A stretch of DNA of 64,000 nt from Lama guanicoe (taxonomy: Eukaryota): assembly GCA_013239625.1 (NCBI GenBank), contig MU054338.1:3371371-3435370 (forward strand), in the 5' to 3' direction. Below the pieces are notes generated by a model. That model did no database searches, was not told where the DNA came from, and saw only the letters and a program-made list of their open reading frames with translations. Below are positions 37,840 to 49,879 of this stretch, one piece after another (the stretch's first letter is position 1; every line of letters begins with the position of its first letter). The position numbers were made by a program, and so were the translations under genes.

Positions 37840-38375
37840 AGCCACATTGTCCAACGCAGTATCCATTAGCCATATGTGACTATTTATTTATAGTTTTTAA
37901 CGTGTATTTTTAATTGAAATATGGTTAACTTGCAATATTACATTGGTTTCAGCTGTACAACATGGTAATTTGATTTTTTTTTTTACTTTTTAATATATAT
38001 TTTTTAAATTGAAGTACAGTCATTTACAACGTGTCAGTCTCTGGTGTACACACAGTGTCCCAGTCGTGCGCATACATACGTATATCCGTTTCCATATTCT
38101 TTTTCATTAAAGGTTACGTAATTTGACGTTTTTGTACATTGTGTCCCATACAAAGTTATTGCAAACTATTGACCCTATTCCCTGTGCTGCCCACGTGACT
38201 ACTCAAATGCAAACGAATTCAAATGAGAAAAAAGGAAAATCCAGCTTTTCGGCCACACGGGTCTCATTTCCCGCGCTCCGCAGCCGCGCGTGGCTGGAGG
38301 CCGCCGCCCTGAGCAGCGCGGCCGGAGCCCGTTGCCCTCGGCACGGGGCGCCCTGCTGGCGCGTGCTCTCCTAGC
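37840..38375. mobile_element. MER33/MER3-like hAT element interrupted by nested L1 3' ends
   Basis: Left end ttgtccaac...tagccatatgtgactatt; right half 38190-38375; L1 tails in between. Confidence 0.6.
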
Positions 38376-39599
38376 GAGTAGAAGGCACTGCCTCGTGGTT
38401 TTAACTTTTATTTCTCAGTATGACTTTGTAAACCCCCCTTTTAATTTTTTTTCATTTATTTTTTATTTTTGTTTTTTGGAGAGTTGTTTTTGGTTCTTTT
38501 TCACTTTATTTATTTTTGGTTTTTTGGTTTTCTGGTCTCTGTGTGTGTGTTTTCTTCAGTAACTCTCTTTTATTCTTAAAACTATCCAGTGTGGGATTCA
38601 AAGAACCCTGGCTGACAGCCTTTTCCACAGTGAACAGGGACCAGAGTTGGTCATCTTCCCAGAAGGTCTTCACAGAGCACCAGCCCACTGTGCTTGGCTG
38701 CAGTGTAGGGAAGGGGGCAGTGGAGCGGGGGGCAGCTTCTTGGGCATCACCCCACTTCCCTGCCTCCTCTTTGGGCCCTGATCAGGACCCTCATCTCTCT
38801 TGCCACCTCCATAACCAGTCCTTCACCACATCCTTCATCCCATGACTCTCCATACCCACTCCTCCCTGGTAACCACCCCAGCTCCCTGCTCCCAGCCCAC
38901 ACACCCCCTTCGGTATTTTTCTCCATGCAAATGCCGGAATGATCTTTGTAAAACATACATCTGATTCTATATCTCTGTTGCTAGAATGTCAGCTTCAGGA
39001 GGGTAAGAATCTTGCTCTGATTTGATCAGTGCTGGATGGCAAGTCCCTGGTATACAGTAGGTGCTCGATAAATGTTAACTGACTGAATGGCTTATAGCCA
39101 TTACAACAGAGATTGTGGGTGGCCTACCCAATGGCCATTCTCCTCCTTTTCTTTGGTCACAGGATCTTGGTATTATTTAGGGCACCAGACCATCAATTAA
39201 AAATTACCTTTCCTAGACTCCTTTATAATTACGTGTAATCTTGTGACTATATTCTGGCCAATGAGATCCTAGCAGAAGTTTGTGTGGGGTTTCTGGCACC
39301 TTTAAAAGAAGCTGATTCCAATGGAAGCTACATCATTTTACTCACCCCCCCATCCCTTTCTCCTTCCTGCTGTCTGGAATGTAGGACTGATGGCTGGATC
39401 TCTGGCAGCCACTTTGGATCCTGAGGTGACTCTGAGAACGGTAAAGAGAGAAGAGGGAGGAAGCCTGGGATGCTGATGGCCATAGAAGTGCCAACCAGCC
39501 CAGAACTGCTCACTTGCAGATACCAGGGCCACATTTCACTCCCTTGGCAGAGGAGGGTCTGCCCTTGTGAGTTTCCCTGAAGATACTGAGCATCTGCTG

Positions 39600-39664
39600 G
39601 GTGCCCCAGATACAGTGAGGCACCTTTTGCTCCCCAAAAGGTGCCTCACTGTATCTGGGGCACC
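39600..39664. repeat. Perfect inverted repeat, 30-bp arms and 5-nt loop
   Basis: GGTGCCCCAGATACAGTGAGGCACCTTTTG-ctccc-CAAAAGGTGCCTCACTGTATCTGGGGCACC. Confidence 0.97.
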
Positions 39665-42009
39665 TTCTTTATCTTGTTTGAGCCATTATTACTTTTCCAC
39701 TTACTCTTTATCTTGGTTTTGGCTCCCCAGAAGGAGACCCTAGGAATCAGGGGTTTGGGAGCAAGTAGTTTATGTGGGAGGTGATCCCCAGGACACCCTG
39801 GGAGGAGGGGAGGAGAATTAGACAGGAAAGGAGTGGCGCCAATACAGAATGCATGCCTAAGTAGGTGACAGCTATGGGTAACCTGGACTCAGTCCCACTG
39901 CGACCCCTGGAGGCAGAGTAGAGCACAACCTGACTTGTCCTACCGGAAGGAGGAGGGAGCTGGGGAATTGATCTACCAAATCCTGCTGTCCTTGGGAGTC
40001 AGGGGTGAATGAGAGGTGAGCTTCAGGTGGGGGCTAGTAAATCCCCGACACCTCAGCTCACCCTGCACAGGGTTGGGCTTGTTCCCAGAGGAAACTCCCA
40101 CAGCAGAGCTGGGGGTTGCAGTCAGCAGCCTTCGGTGTGTTGAGGTGAGCACAAGGCTGTGGCAGGGTGTGGGCGTCTTCTGGGGCTCCCCATTCTTCTC
40201 GGGGACAGACTCCTCCGTGTGGGTCTCCAAGTCCTGCATCCCTTACCTCCACCTCTTGGAACTTGCTCCAAGCTACACTCTCCACCCCCAAATTCCTCTG
40301 AGGCACTCAGCCCCTTCCACCCCATAGGCCTTACCCCCAAGCTGCTCCTTGGAGCACCCTCTACCTCTCCCCTTTCTCCTGGTCAATCCCTGTACATCCT
40401 TTGGGGCTCAACTTAAATGCCACCTCCTCCAGGAAGCCTCTCTTGATACCCCCATCCAGTTTGAGCCCCCTGTTCCTGCTTCCCTCACCTTCCTGTTTGC
40501 CTTTGGAGAAATCCTCATAGCTGCGTTTGTGCAATTATTTGTACATGATTTAGGGTTTATCTCATCCACCTGCTCCCCAAAAGGTGCCTCACTGTATCTA
40601 GGGCACCCAGCAGATGCTCAGTATCTTCAGGGAAACTCACGAGAGCAGACCCTCCTCTGCCAAGGGAGTGAAATGTGGCCCGGATCACACAGCAGGGCCC
40701 GCTGGCATCCTTTCTGCTGCTTCCACAGTCCCTCTGGGGACCCCTCTGGCCCTTTACTCCAGAACTCCTGTAATTGAAAGCAAATGTTCCCTCCAGAAGT
40801 TTACCATATCTGTGTTCATCTTCTGCGCGGGCTAATTTTATTAAAGCTCCCCAAAGAGAGAATTGTAAATTCATTAGCGTGCATCTTGGACCAGACCCTC
40901 CTGTATGCCGGGTAAAAAAAGATTAGAAGTCAGCTGGGCCCGATGATAATGAAACAGAAGATGCTCAAACATAATTCTTAATTAAACCGTAATGAGATAA
41001 GAAGTTGTCGCCGTCTTGCGGGCCTGGCCTGAGTTGCCCGTGTTCTCCTCGTAACTCGTGATTTATGAGTCTCCTCCTTCAAAGATGTAATTAGTTTTTT
41101 CTACCTGCTTTCAAAAAAAAAATCCTAAACATTATTTAGATTATTGAAAAAAACAAACCCTGGAATGCAATTGGGGGTTGTTTTTATCCTGGTGGAATAT
41201 TAACTTCAATTTAGAAAAAAATAAATGGAGGAGGAGGGTTCCAGATGAGAAGATGCAGGGTGACAGCAGGATGCTGCGGCCGGTTCTGTCCGGAGCCAGC
41301 CTCTTGGACTTGGGACCGGCTGGTGCTGCCTCCAGGGATGTCCTTTCTTCTCTGCAGACCATGGTCATTTAGGAACACCCCCCACCTCCCCCAGGGTCTT
41401 GAAACTGACCCTGATTCGAGGAGAGTGTATTGTGGCAGCCCCAGGTGCAGGCATATTTGGGGTCCTGCTGGGTTCTGTCTCCTGGTCACTGAGCCCTGTG
41501 ATGAGGATGGGCTTGTACCTCGTGGGATTTTTTTGGTGGCAAGTGACAGAAACCACTTCCAACTGTCTTGGAGGGGACGGGACTGAGTGGTGGGACATGA
41601 TGGGGGACTTACAGAAGGGATGTAGGGGGCCAGTCAGGTGTGATGCATGGCCTCATGTCGTCTCCCTCCCCTCCTGTCACCTGTTCCAGTTTCTAAGCCC
41701 CACAAGAGGGTGACCCAGCCTTAACCCAGGACTGCCCCTCACACATCTTTGCATGGGGCTGGGGGGAGGGCCAGGCCCTTCTGAAAGAGGGCGTCATGAC
41801 ACCCCAAAGCCGCATACAGTGAGAGCCTCCCTGAGACAGAAGCCAGATGTGACTAATCATGCCCGCTTAGGTCCCCAGTGCTGCCTCTCTGCTGTGGGAC
41901 TTACTGCAGGAAGAGCCCACGCTGTGCTTTCGTTCATCACAATCCAGTGTCAGCAGACTGGCTTTGCCGTGCGGTGGGCTGACGTGCCCGAGGCCAGTGC
42001 GGTAACATG

Positions 42010-42566
42010 ATGCAGGCAAGTACAGCGTTCATTGCAGGCACCAAGCAAGGAGAATGGGCAGCTCGTGCTCAAATAGCCTGAACTCCTCGGTGGTTTCCAG
42101 GGAAGAGCTTTTAAAGGCAACATTACGGGTGAGGATCGCGGGATGCGTGATCGACTCGTGGACTTTCTCCTGATTGGTCGGTGATGAGGTAACAGGGTGA
42201 TGTTTCCAGAATCTCAATCATTAGCCTTCTGGTTCCAACCGGCCTGGGTCTAGAGCTTGTGCTCTGCACGTAAGTCACCATTCTCCACCTGGTGTGAGTC
42301 TTATTTACAGCAGAACGACTCAAGGATCATGTGTTGGATTGTTATGTCTACCCCTTGAACTATGGTTTAAGGTGTTATTACTTTTCTAGCTTGACTGTTT
42401 TCCCTTTGTTTCTGCCTTCCCTCACTTCCCTATTAAATAACTGTGCCTGTTCTTTGGAACTCAAGGAAGGCCCAGGACACTAGAGCTTTCCCTACAAACA
42501 AGAAGCGGGGGACACGGAGATGCTTTTGTACCTGGGAGGGCCCCGCAGAGTCCCGCTCAGTGTCGA
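42010..42566 (-). mobile_element. ERV1-class LTR
   Basis: Resembles laurasiatherian ERV1 LTRs (caaggagaatgggcagctcgtgctcaaa...ctgattggtcggtgatgaggtaacaggg). Family not determined. Confidence 0.6.
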
Positions 42567-43074
42567 CCACAACCCAGCAGGCTGGCTTTGCTGCACCTGG
42601 GTGGGCGGCCCCCAGGTTGGTTCAGTAACAGTTGATTCGTCTATTCAACCAATACTTCTTGAGCAACTACAAGGTGCCAGGCCTCTGCTGGGTGCTGGGG
42701 ACCTGGCAGTGACCAAGAGAGACCGAATCCCTGACTTTAGGGACCTCACAATCTTGGGGGAGACCAGGGGTCAATAAATAACCACACACCAAATGATAAA
42801 ATCACAACTGTGATCAACACTGGGAAGGAACAGGGAACTAGGAAGATAGTTGAAGGGGGATTGACCTGGTCTGGGGGGTCCGTGAAGACTTCGGGAAGAA
42901 GTTTGAACTGAGACCTAAAGGATGGGTGGGAGATACGGGGCCCTGGGCAGGGCAGGGAGGGGTGCTCCAGGCAGAGGGAACAGCCTGGGAAAGGGGTTGT
43001 GGGGGCGACAGGAGGAGGGCCTGGAGGGAGGCTGAGAGTGAGGAGTGTGCCTCAGGAAGCCCTGAAGATTAAAA

Positions 43075-44330
43075 AAAAAAGTTTTATGCTGTGTAATTAA
43101 CAAAACTCGCAACTTTGAATTATACGATTCAGTGGTTTTTAATATATTCACAGAGTTGTGCAAACATTACCACCAGCATCTAATTTCAGAACATTCCCAT
43201 CACCCCTAAAGGAAACTCCGCCCCCATTCCCTCTCCCCCGGCCCCTGACAACCACGAATCCACTCTGTCTCTGTGGATCTGCCTGTCCTGGACGTTTCAT
43301 GTAAATGGAATCACACACTGTGTGGCCCCTTGTGTCTGGCTTCTCTCACTGAGCATCGTGTTTTCAAGGTCCGTCCACATTGTAGTGAGTGTCAGTGCTT
43401 CTCTGTCTCATGGCTGCATAATACTGTAGTGTATGCATGGACCATTTTTTGTTTATCCATTTGGCATGGATGGACATTTGGGTTATTTCTACATTTTGGT
43501 TCTTGTGACTCATACTGCTATCAACATTTCCATACAAGTTTTTGTGCAAACATATGTTTTCAGTTCTTAGGTAGATAGCTAGGAGAGGAATTGCTAGATT
43601 ATTGATAATTCTGAGACAGGAGGGAAGGGGGTGGGGCACAAACATTAAAAGAATGACATGGCCATTGAGAAAAACAGGAGAGGGCATAAACTGGTTAGAA
43701 TCAACTCAGCCCAAGATGGCGCAAGAGTCGACCTCCGGTTGACCTTGAGCCTCATTAAGCGCTCACTGTAACCCGTTAGCTGCTAAGTGGCACACCCACC
43801 GGCACTGGGATAGTTTCGAGTCTAACCTTAAAAGGCCAAAAAGTAGGCAGTGGCCCAGTTCCTGGAAATCCCCGCCCCTTCCCCAACATAGTTGGAAAAA
43901 CCCTCCCATTTGCTAGCACAGGAAATCACCCAGCCCCTGAAAACCTGCCAGCCCTGCACCCTGGGGCGGCCCTCCCTCCTGAGATGGACCACACTCCGTC
44001 TTGGAAAGTGCGTGTCTCTAAATAAGCTTGCCTTCACTTGACTACAGCTCGCTTTTAAATTTTTTCCTGCTTGAAGCCGACGACCCTGAGACATGACCAC
44101 CCTCTCCTGCCTCATTCTCCTGCAACAGTTCTGTTTCACCTTTTGAGGGATTTCCAAACTGTTCTCCTAAGTGGCTGTGCCTTTTTAGATCGCCCCAGTG
44201 GTGTGTGAAGGCTCCAGTTTCTCCCCATCCCCGCCCGTTACTGTATTTATTTATTTTTTAAGTTAGCCACCCTAGCGTATGGCGTGTGGGGTTTCTCGCT
44301 GTGGTTCTCATGGGTTATAAGCCTGGAAGG
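43075..44330 (-). mobile_element. L1MB-like 3' fragment interrupted by an LTR
   Basis: L1 3'-end sequence continues on both sides of the 43612-44127 insertion. Confidence 0.78.
43612..44127 (+). mobile_element. ERV1 solo LTR, MER41-like
   Basis: TG...CA termini (TGAGACAGG...GCAACA); 4-bp flanks attc/gttc; YY1 motif CAAGATGGCG; AATAAG-type signal near 3' end. Family from recalled consensus. Confidence 0.75.
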
Positions 44331-45169
44331 ACAATGGTTGTAGGAAGTCCCTGCAGAGAGTTCAGCCCTGGTTTGTAAAGCCCGCGTGCTCTGAGATGGG
44401 ATGAAACTTACAAGTGGCCCCGGCTCGCTGGTGCTTTTCTGCCCAGTGTCCATTCTGAGGCCTCCGAGGGTGGGAGCAAAGGGGTTAAGCCACCGCCGTC
44501 ATCCCAGGACCCGAGCCGTCAGCGGGGCCCCTAGATAGCGAGGCTGGCTATTCAGCAGATTCATTCAGCCGGAGCCCCTTTTCTAAAGGGCGAGAGGGCG
44601 GAGGCCAGGCCGCTGCTCACACACAGAGCTCAGAGTCTCAAGCTTTCCTTTGTAGGGTCCAGCACGGCTCTCTGTGTTGGAGGGACCCTGTGGCGGGGGG
44701 GAGGCTCCTGGAGCCCTCTGGCTGCGGATGGACGCCCATTGTTTGCCCTGATTGAAATGCAAAGAGAAAATTAGAATTCACCAGCCTCCTTTCCCCTTTT
44801 TCTTCTGGATTTTAATGAATTCAGCACTTACAGGCCGAGCAGGTGAAGAAAATGGCTTTTGAGATATTTTTCAAAAGAACAGTTTTCCTTTCAAGCTTGG
44901 TCCTCATGTCCAACCTCATCCGGCAGAACGTTCCCCCGAAAGTTAGGGATTCTGGGCAGCGCTTTCCTGATTCGTCAACTCACTTCTTCCGATTCACAAG
45001 CTGGCTTTATAGAGCCACGAGCGGTGTCACCTGTGTCTGAGACAGAATGTCAGAAAAATAAATATATGGGAGGATATAGTTGCAAAAGGCACTACTAATA
45101 AAGGACTGTTGTCTAGAATATACAAAGAACTCTTAAAACTCAAAAAGAAGCTCACATCAGACTCAATGT

Positions 45170-45626
45170 TGTTGACTGAAAAAAAAAAAAAGGAAAAAAA
45201 GCACAATGTGAAAGTGGCGAGTTAAGTTTAATTTGGGGGCAAAATGAGGACCACAGCCCAGAGACAGCATCTCAGCGCCGAGGGACTTGGGGGAAGGTCC
45301 GTATCACGTATGATTTGGGGGGCGGTACCTGCAGTCAAGTGTGCATTTTAGCTGTGGCTTGCCGCTAGCCACGAGGAGCAGATGTCACCATTAATGACAT
45401 TAGTGCTCTTCTAGATAGGAGGAGATACAAGACTTTGGGCTCATAAAATCTTCTCCTGAAAATACCTATCTGAAGGCCTGTTCTGCCGGGTTTTCCCAGA
45501 GCAGGGCAGCTCATTCCTGAGCTCCGTCCTGAATTCCTCTCAGGGAGTGTTGAAGGGCAGAGCCTGCAGCGGCCAGAAACTTAATCCTTGTCCAGGCAGT
45601 TGGCAAGCGCCCGTTTTTAGTTGGCA
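45170..45626 (-). mobile_element. ERV1-class solo LTR inserted in an L1 ORF2 fragment
   Basis: TG...CA termini; the host L1 phrase ctcaatg...tgaaaagctgaaagcttttcctccaagatc resumes after it. Confidence 0.65.
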
Positions 45627-46189
45627 GTGCTGAAAAGCTGAAAGCTTTTCCTCCAAGATCGAGAACAAAACAAAGGTGCCCACTCTTGCCAACTTGGTTC
45701 AACATAGCCCAGGAAGTCCTAGTCAGAGCAATTGGGCAAGAAAAAGAAATAATCTATGAACATTCAAACTGTCCTTTGGAGGGGAGGGCGCGTTGTCGGC
45801 CCTCCATGTGACCTGGGCCCCTCACATCAATACAGATGAGCTGAATGAGGGGCCGGTGAGCCTGCATCTGCCAGGCTGTCCTCACAGGCCGTGCTCGCTC
45901 ACTGGTCCTCACGCGAGCTGTCTTATTCCAGGAGAATCCTTTCTCCATCACGGTGAAGAAATTAAAATCCTACTCACCTTGACCGCTGGGAGGGTTTTCC
46001 TGGCCGCCCTCTCACCTGCGTGCCAATGGCCCGTTGTGTGCCCCTCAGCAGGGAAGGACGGAAATGTCCTGCTGATGGGTCTGTGTCCCCAGCTCGGCAA
46101 CAAACCCAGGAAGGCACGGGCTGTGTCTCGTGCACCCTTAAAGAGTTCCTGGCACAAGCTTTGTTCAGACTGTGAACACGCGGGCTGGA

Positions 46190-46350
46190 AGGCACAAGTT
46201 CAATCCTGGCTCTGCCATTTTTCAGGCTGTGTGACCTTGGGCAAGTTGCTTAACCTCTCTGTGCCTCACTTTTCTCATCTGCAAAATGAGGGTGCTAAGA
46301 GCACTTTATCACAGCAGTGTAAAAACACCATAATCACCGCACAATAAACA
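46190..46350. mobile_element. MIR SINE (other copies near 4750-4850, 12470-12550, 27020-27240, 52370-52530, 54360-54690)
   Basis: MIR core gctgtgtgaccttgggcaagttgcttaacctctctgtgcctcacttttctcatctgcaaaatgag. Confidence 0.8.
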
Positions 46351-46500
46351 GGAGCCAATTTTCATTATTGTGACAGGGCCCCCAGGGCAGATGGCATGGT
46401 TAACCAGATTTACCTGTGCCCTCATGCTAGTGTGCCCTGCTGCCTGCCCACAATGACCTAAGTCAATACTACCTGATAGTGGAGGGAAGGGCCTTATTTT

Positions 46501-47094
46501 ATTTTTTCATTGACGTATAGTTGATTTATAATGTTGTATTAGCTTCTGGTTTACACCATAGTGATTCAATTATACATATATATAGTCTTTTAAATATTCT
46601 TTTTCTTTCTGGGTTATTACAAAATATTGAATATAGTTCCCTGTGCTAGACAGTGGGACCTTGTTTATCTATTTTATGTATAGTAGTGTGTATCTGCAAT
46701 TCCCAAATGAATTTATCCCTCCCCGCCCTTTCCCCTATGGCAACCATACGTTTGTTTTCTGAGTCTCTTTCTATTTTGTACATAAGTTCATTTGTATCAT
46801 TTTTTAGATTCTACATATGAGTGATATCATATGATATTTGTCTTTCTCTGTCTGACTTACTTCACTTAGTATGATCATCTCTAGGTCCATCCATGTTGCT
46901 GCAAGTGGCATTATTCCATTCTTTTTTACGGCTGAGTAATATTCCATTGTGTGTATATAACACCACATTTTCTTTATCCAGTCATCTGCTGATGGACGTT
47001 TAGGCTGCTTCCGTGTCCTGGCTGTTATAAATGGTGCTGCTGTGAACACTAGGGTGCATGTGTCTGTTTGAGCTAGAGCTTCCTATGGTTATAT
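46501..47094 (-). mobile_element. 5'-truncated L1 with target-site duplication
   Basis: ORF 46804-47049 matches the ORF2p C-terminus (TRKQPKRPSADDWIKKMW...WMDLEMIILSEVSQTEKDKYHMISLIC). TSD GGAAGGGC(C/T)TTATTTT at 46485-46500 and 47095-47110. Confidence 0.92.
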
Positions 47095-48049
47095 GGAAGG
47101 GCTTTATTTTTTAAAATTAATCTTTAGTCATAATTACTATATAAATACATTTTTCATCATAAAAACAGAAATACTGCTTTAAGAACTAAAGTCCTCGTTT
47201 CCTCGTCTCTCATCCTGACCTCGTCGTTGCCTCTGTCCTAGTCTAAGTGGCTGTACAACCTCCCTCCCAGCCCTCGTGCTGTCGGCACCGATCATCTTGC
47301 TGTGCTCGCAGGTCAGGCACTTGGACCAAGTGTGGTGGGGATGACTTGTTTCTGCGACATGATGTCTGGGGCTCAGCTAGGAAGCTGGGGCTGCAGACCA
47401 GGGCGCCCGTGTGTGGCCTCTCTGTGCATCCTGGGCGTCCTCACCATGTGGAGGAGACCCAAGGGAGCATCCTGAGAGGCAGCACCCAAGAAGCGAGTGT
47501 CTCAAGGGAAACAGGTGGAAGCTGACAGCCATTTATGACCCCACCTTGGGGACCGCCCAGCCCCACTTCCCCTCTGCGCTATGGGTCCAGTCACAAGCAG
47601 ATTCAAGGGGAGAGGACATGGACCCCAGCTCTCCATGAGAGGAGTGTCATACTTCACCAGTTCAGATGTGTAGCTCTTCCATCTCCCTTTCCTATGTATT
47701 TACAATCACATTTGTGTCCCCAAGAGATCTAGTGTCTTTTCTTTTCAGGGGGTGGGTACATTTATAATCTTCCTTTTTTTATTGTGTTAAAATAACATAA
47801 AATTTATTGCAACCATCTGTAAGTGTATGGCTCAAAAAAAAGAGGCATAGCTCAGGGGCAATAAACACATTCCCAGTGCTGCGCAACCATCAGCACCATC
47901 CGTCCCCGTAACTCTTTCCATCTTGTCCATCTGAAATTCTCCCCACCTCCCAGCCCCCGGCAACCACCGTGATGACGTAGCATCTTTTTTTATTTACAGT
48001 GTCTGATTGGTTATTGCCGATAGTCCAACTAGTTGACTGAAAAAAAATA

Positions 48050-48720
48050 TTGTAACTTTTTACTTTGAAATAATTTTAAGACAAGTTGCCGAAATAGTAC
48101 AGAGAGGTCCTGTGCATCCTTTGCCCAGCCTCTCCTAACGTCAACCCTGACATGACCGTAGCACAGGTACTGAAACCAGGAAATCAGCATCAGTACACTG
48201 CTGGTAACTGACTTACAGAGCTTACCCAGATTTAAGTAGTTTTGCCTCTCAAGTCCTCTTCCTGGTCCAGAACCCGATCCAGGACCTCATGTTGCATTTA
48301 GTCATTGCATTTCCTAAGTGTCCTCTGGTCTGTGATAGATTCTCATTCTTTGTCTTCTATGGTCTTGGGCATGTGAAAGGCCACTGTTGAGTCATTTTGT
48401 AGAAAGTCCTTCAAGCTGAGTTTGTCTGATGTTTACTCGTGATTCAATTAAGGTTGGGCATTTTGGGGCAAGAATATCACAAAAGTGACATTGTGTTCTT
48501 CTCTATCAGGAGACCCAGGATGTCAGTGTTGTCTCATCGCCGGAGACCTTGACCTTGAATCACTTGGCTAAGGTCCTGTTGGCCAAGTTTCTCTACAGTA
48601 AGGTTACTAATTTTCCCCTTTGTAATTAAAAAGTATCTTGTGTGAAGATGCTTTGAGACTATACAAATATCCTGTTTTTCATCCATTTTTTTTCACCCAT
48701 TAATTTTATCATCAGTATTC
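48050..48720 (-). mobile_element. Old L1 (L1MC-like) 3' end
   Basis: Phrases such as gttgcatttagtcattg and aagtatcttgtgtgaagatgctttgagacta. Confidence 0.65.
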
Positions 48721-49879
48721 CTTCCTTCCTTGCTTGCTTGTTTTCTGAGACGTACATTTTATAGCTAACTTATGCCAGGTAATACATGTGCATATCCTGG
48801 TGATACAAAGAATGACTCTAAAAAATTCCCTTCCCTCAAACAAGTAATTGTAACCCAGAGAGAGAAGTCTAACTCTGGCTTTGCAAAAGGTAGAGGAAAA
48901 AAAAAAAAAGAACTCTGCCCGCCGAACTTTGCACTTTGCCAAAGGTAAAGGGAGGGGAGAGTCGGGTTCCAGTGCAGAGTGTGGGAGGTGGGGAACCTCT
49001 TTATGTAGACGGTTACCTCTTCTGGCCTGTGAGTATATGGTCGCAGCGGTTTAAATACGAGAGTGTTAAGCAGTTGGTAAGAAATTGGATCAGAACTACT
49101 CGTGGCTAAAAATGTTTTCAGTTGAGCTGCACCCACTTCAGAAATTGGCCAATGACGTTTATGGCGGCTTTGTAACTGGGATTTTGTTGGATTTTCTTAC
49201 TACTTATGGTACAATTGAAGACGATTCTTTCAAGCTGTCTAGTAGGCAGTCACCTCTCTTGTGATAATGAAATCTGTCCCTTCTTCCCACCACGCTTGTG
49301 CCTCACTTCTTGTCCTGCTGCGTTGGCTGGGGCCCCTAGCATCACATGAAATGATTGTTATAATGGACTTTCCTTGCCTCAGTTCTGAATTCAGTGGATA
49401 TGTTTCTAGATCAGAGACTGGCTAACTATGGCCAAATCCGGTTCACTACCTGTTTTCGTAAGTGAAGTTTTACTGGGACACGGCCATGCCCATTTGTTTT
49501 GTCTCTGTCCGCTCGCGTGCCGTAGAAGCCCAGTTGAATGGTTGCAACAAAGACCTTCTGATCCGCAAAACTGAAAAATTTTTTTTGCCAACTTCCGCTC
49601 TAAATTTTCAGCATTGTCAAGTTCATTTTCCCAAATTATGGAACGGTTTTTTTTTTAATCAAATGCTTTGGGGTGATATTTCGTCCTTTTTCTGTGGATC
49701 GACTTTATTATTTCATTTATACAAAAGTGACATAATGATATAATGGACACCATAACCTTAACACCCAAGTTAAAAAGTATAACAAAACACACACGTGAGT
49801 TGAATGTCCCCGTGTTCCCTGTGGTGAATGCATTCCCCTCGCTCCTGCCCAGAGGGAGCGGTTACTCTGAGTTGGCTTA

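Noticed and set aside
39600..39664. Known miRNA or MITE
   Set aside because: Fully explained by templated copying from 40571-40681; no TSD or recognisable miRNA sequence.
44820..45060. Possible processed-pseudogene or coding fragment
   Set aside because: Unique-looking sequence, but I recognise no protein in any frame; a translated search would be needed.
46804..47049. Standalone 81-aa gene
   Set aside because: It is the L1 ORF2p C-terminal remnant inside a TSD-flanked truncated L1.
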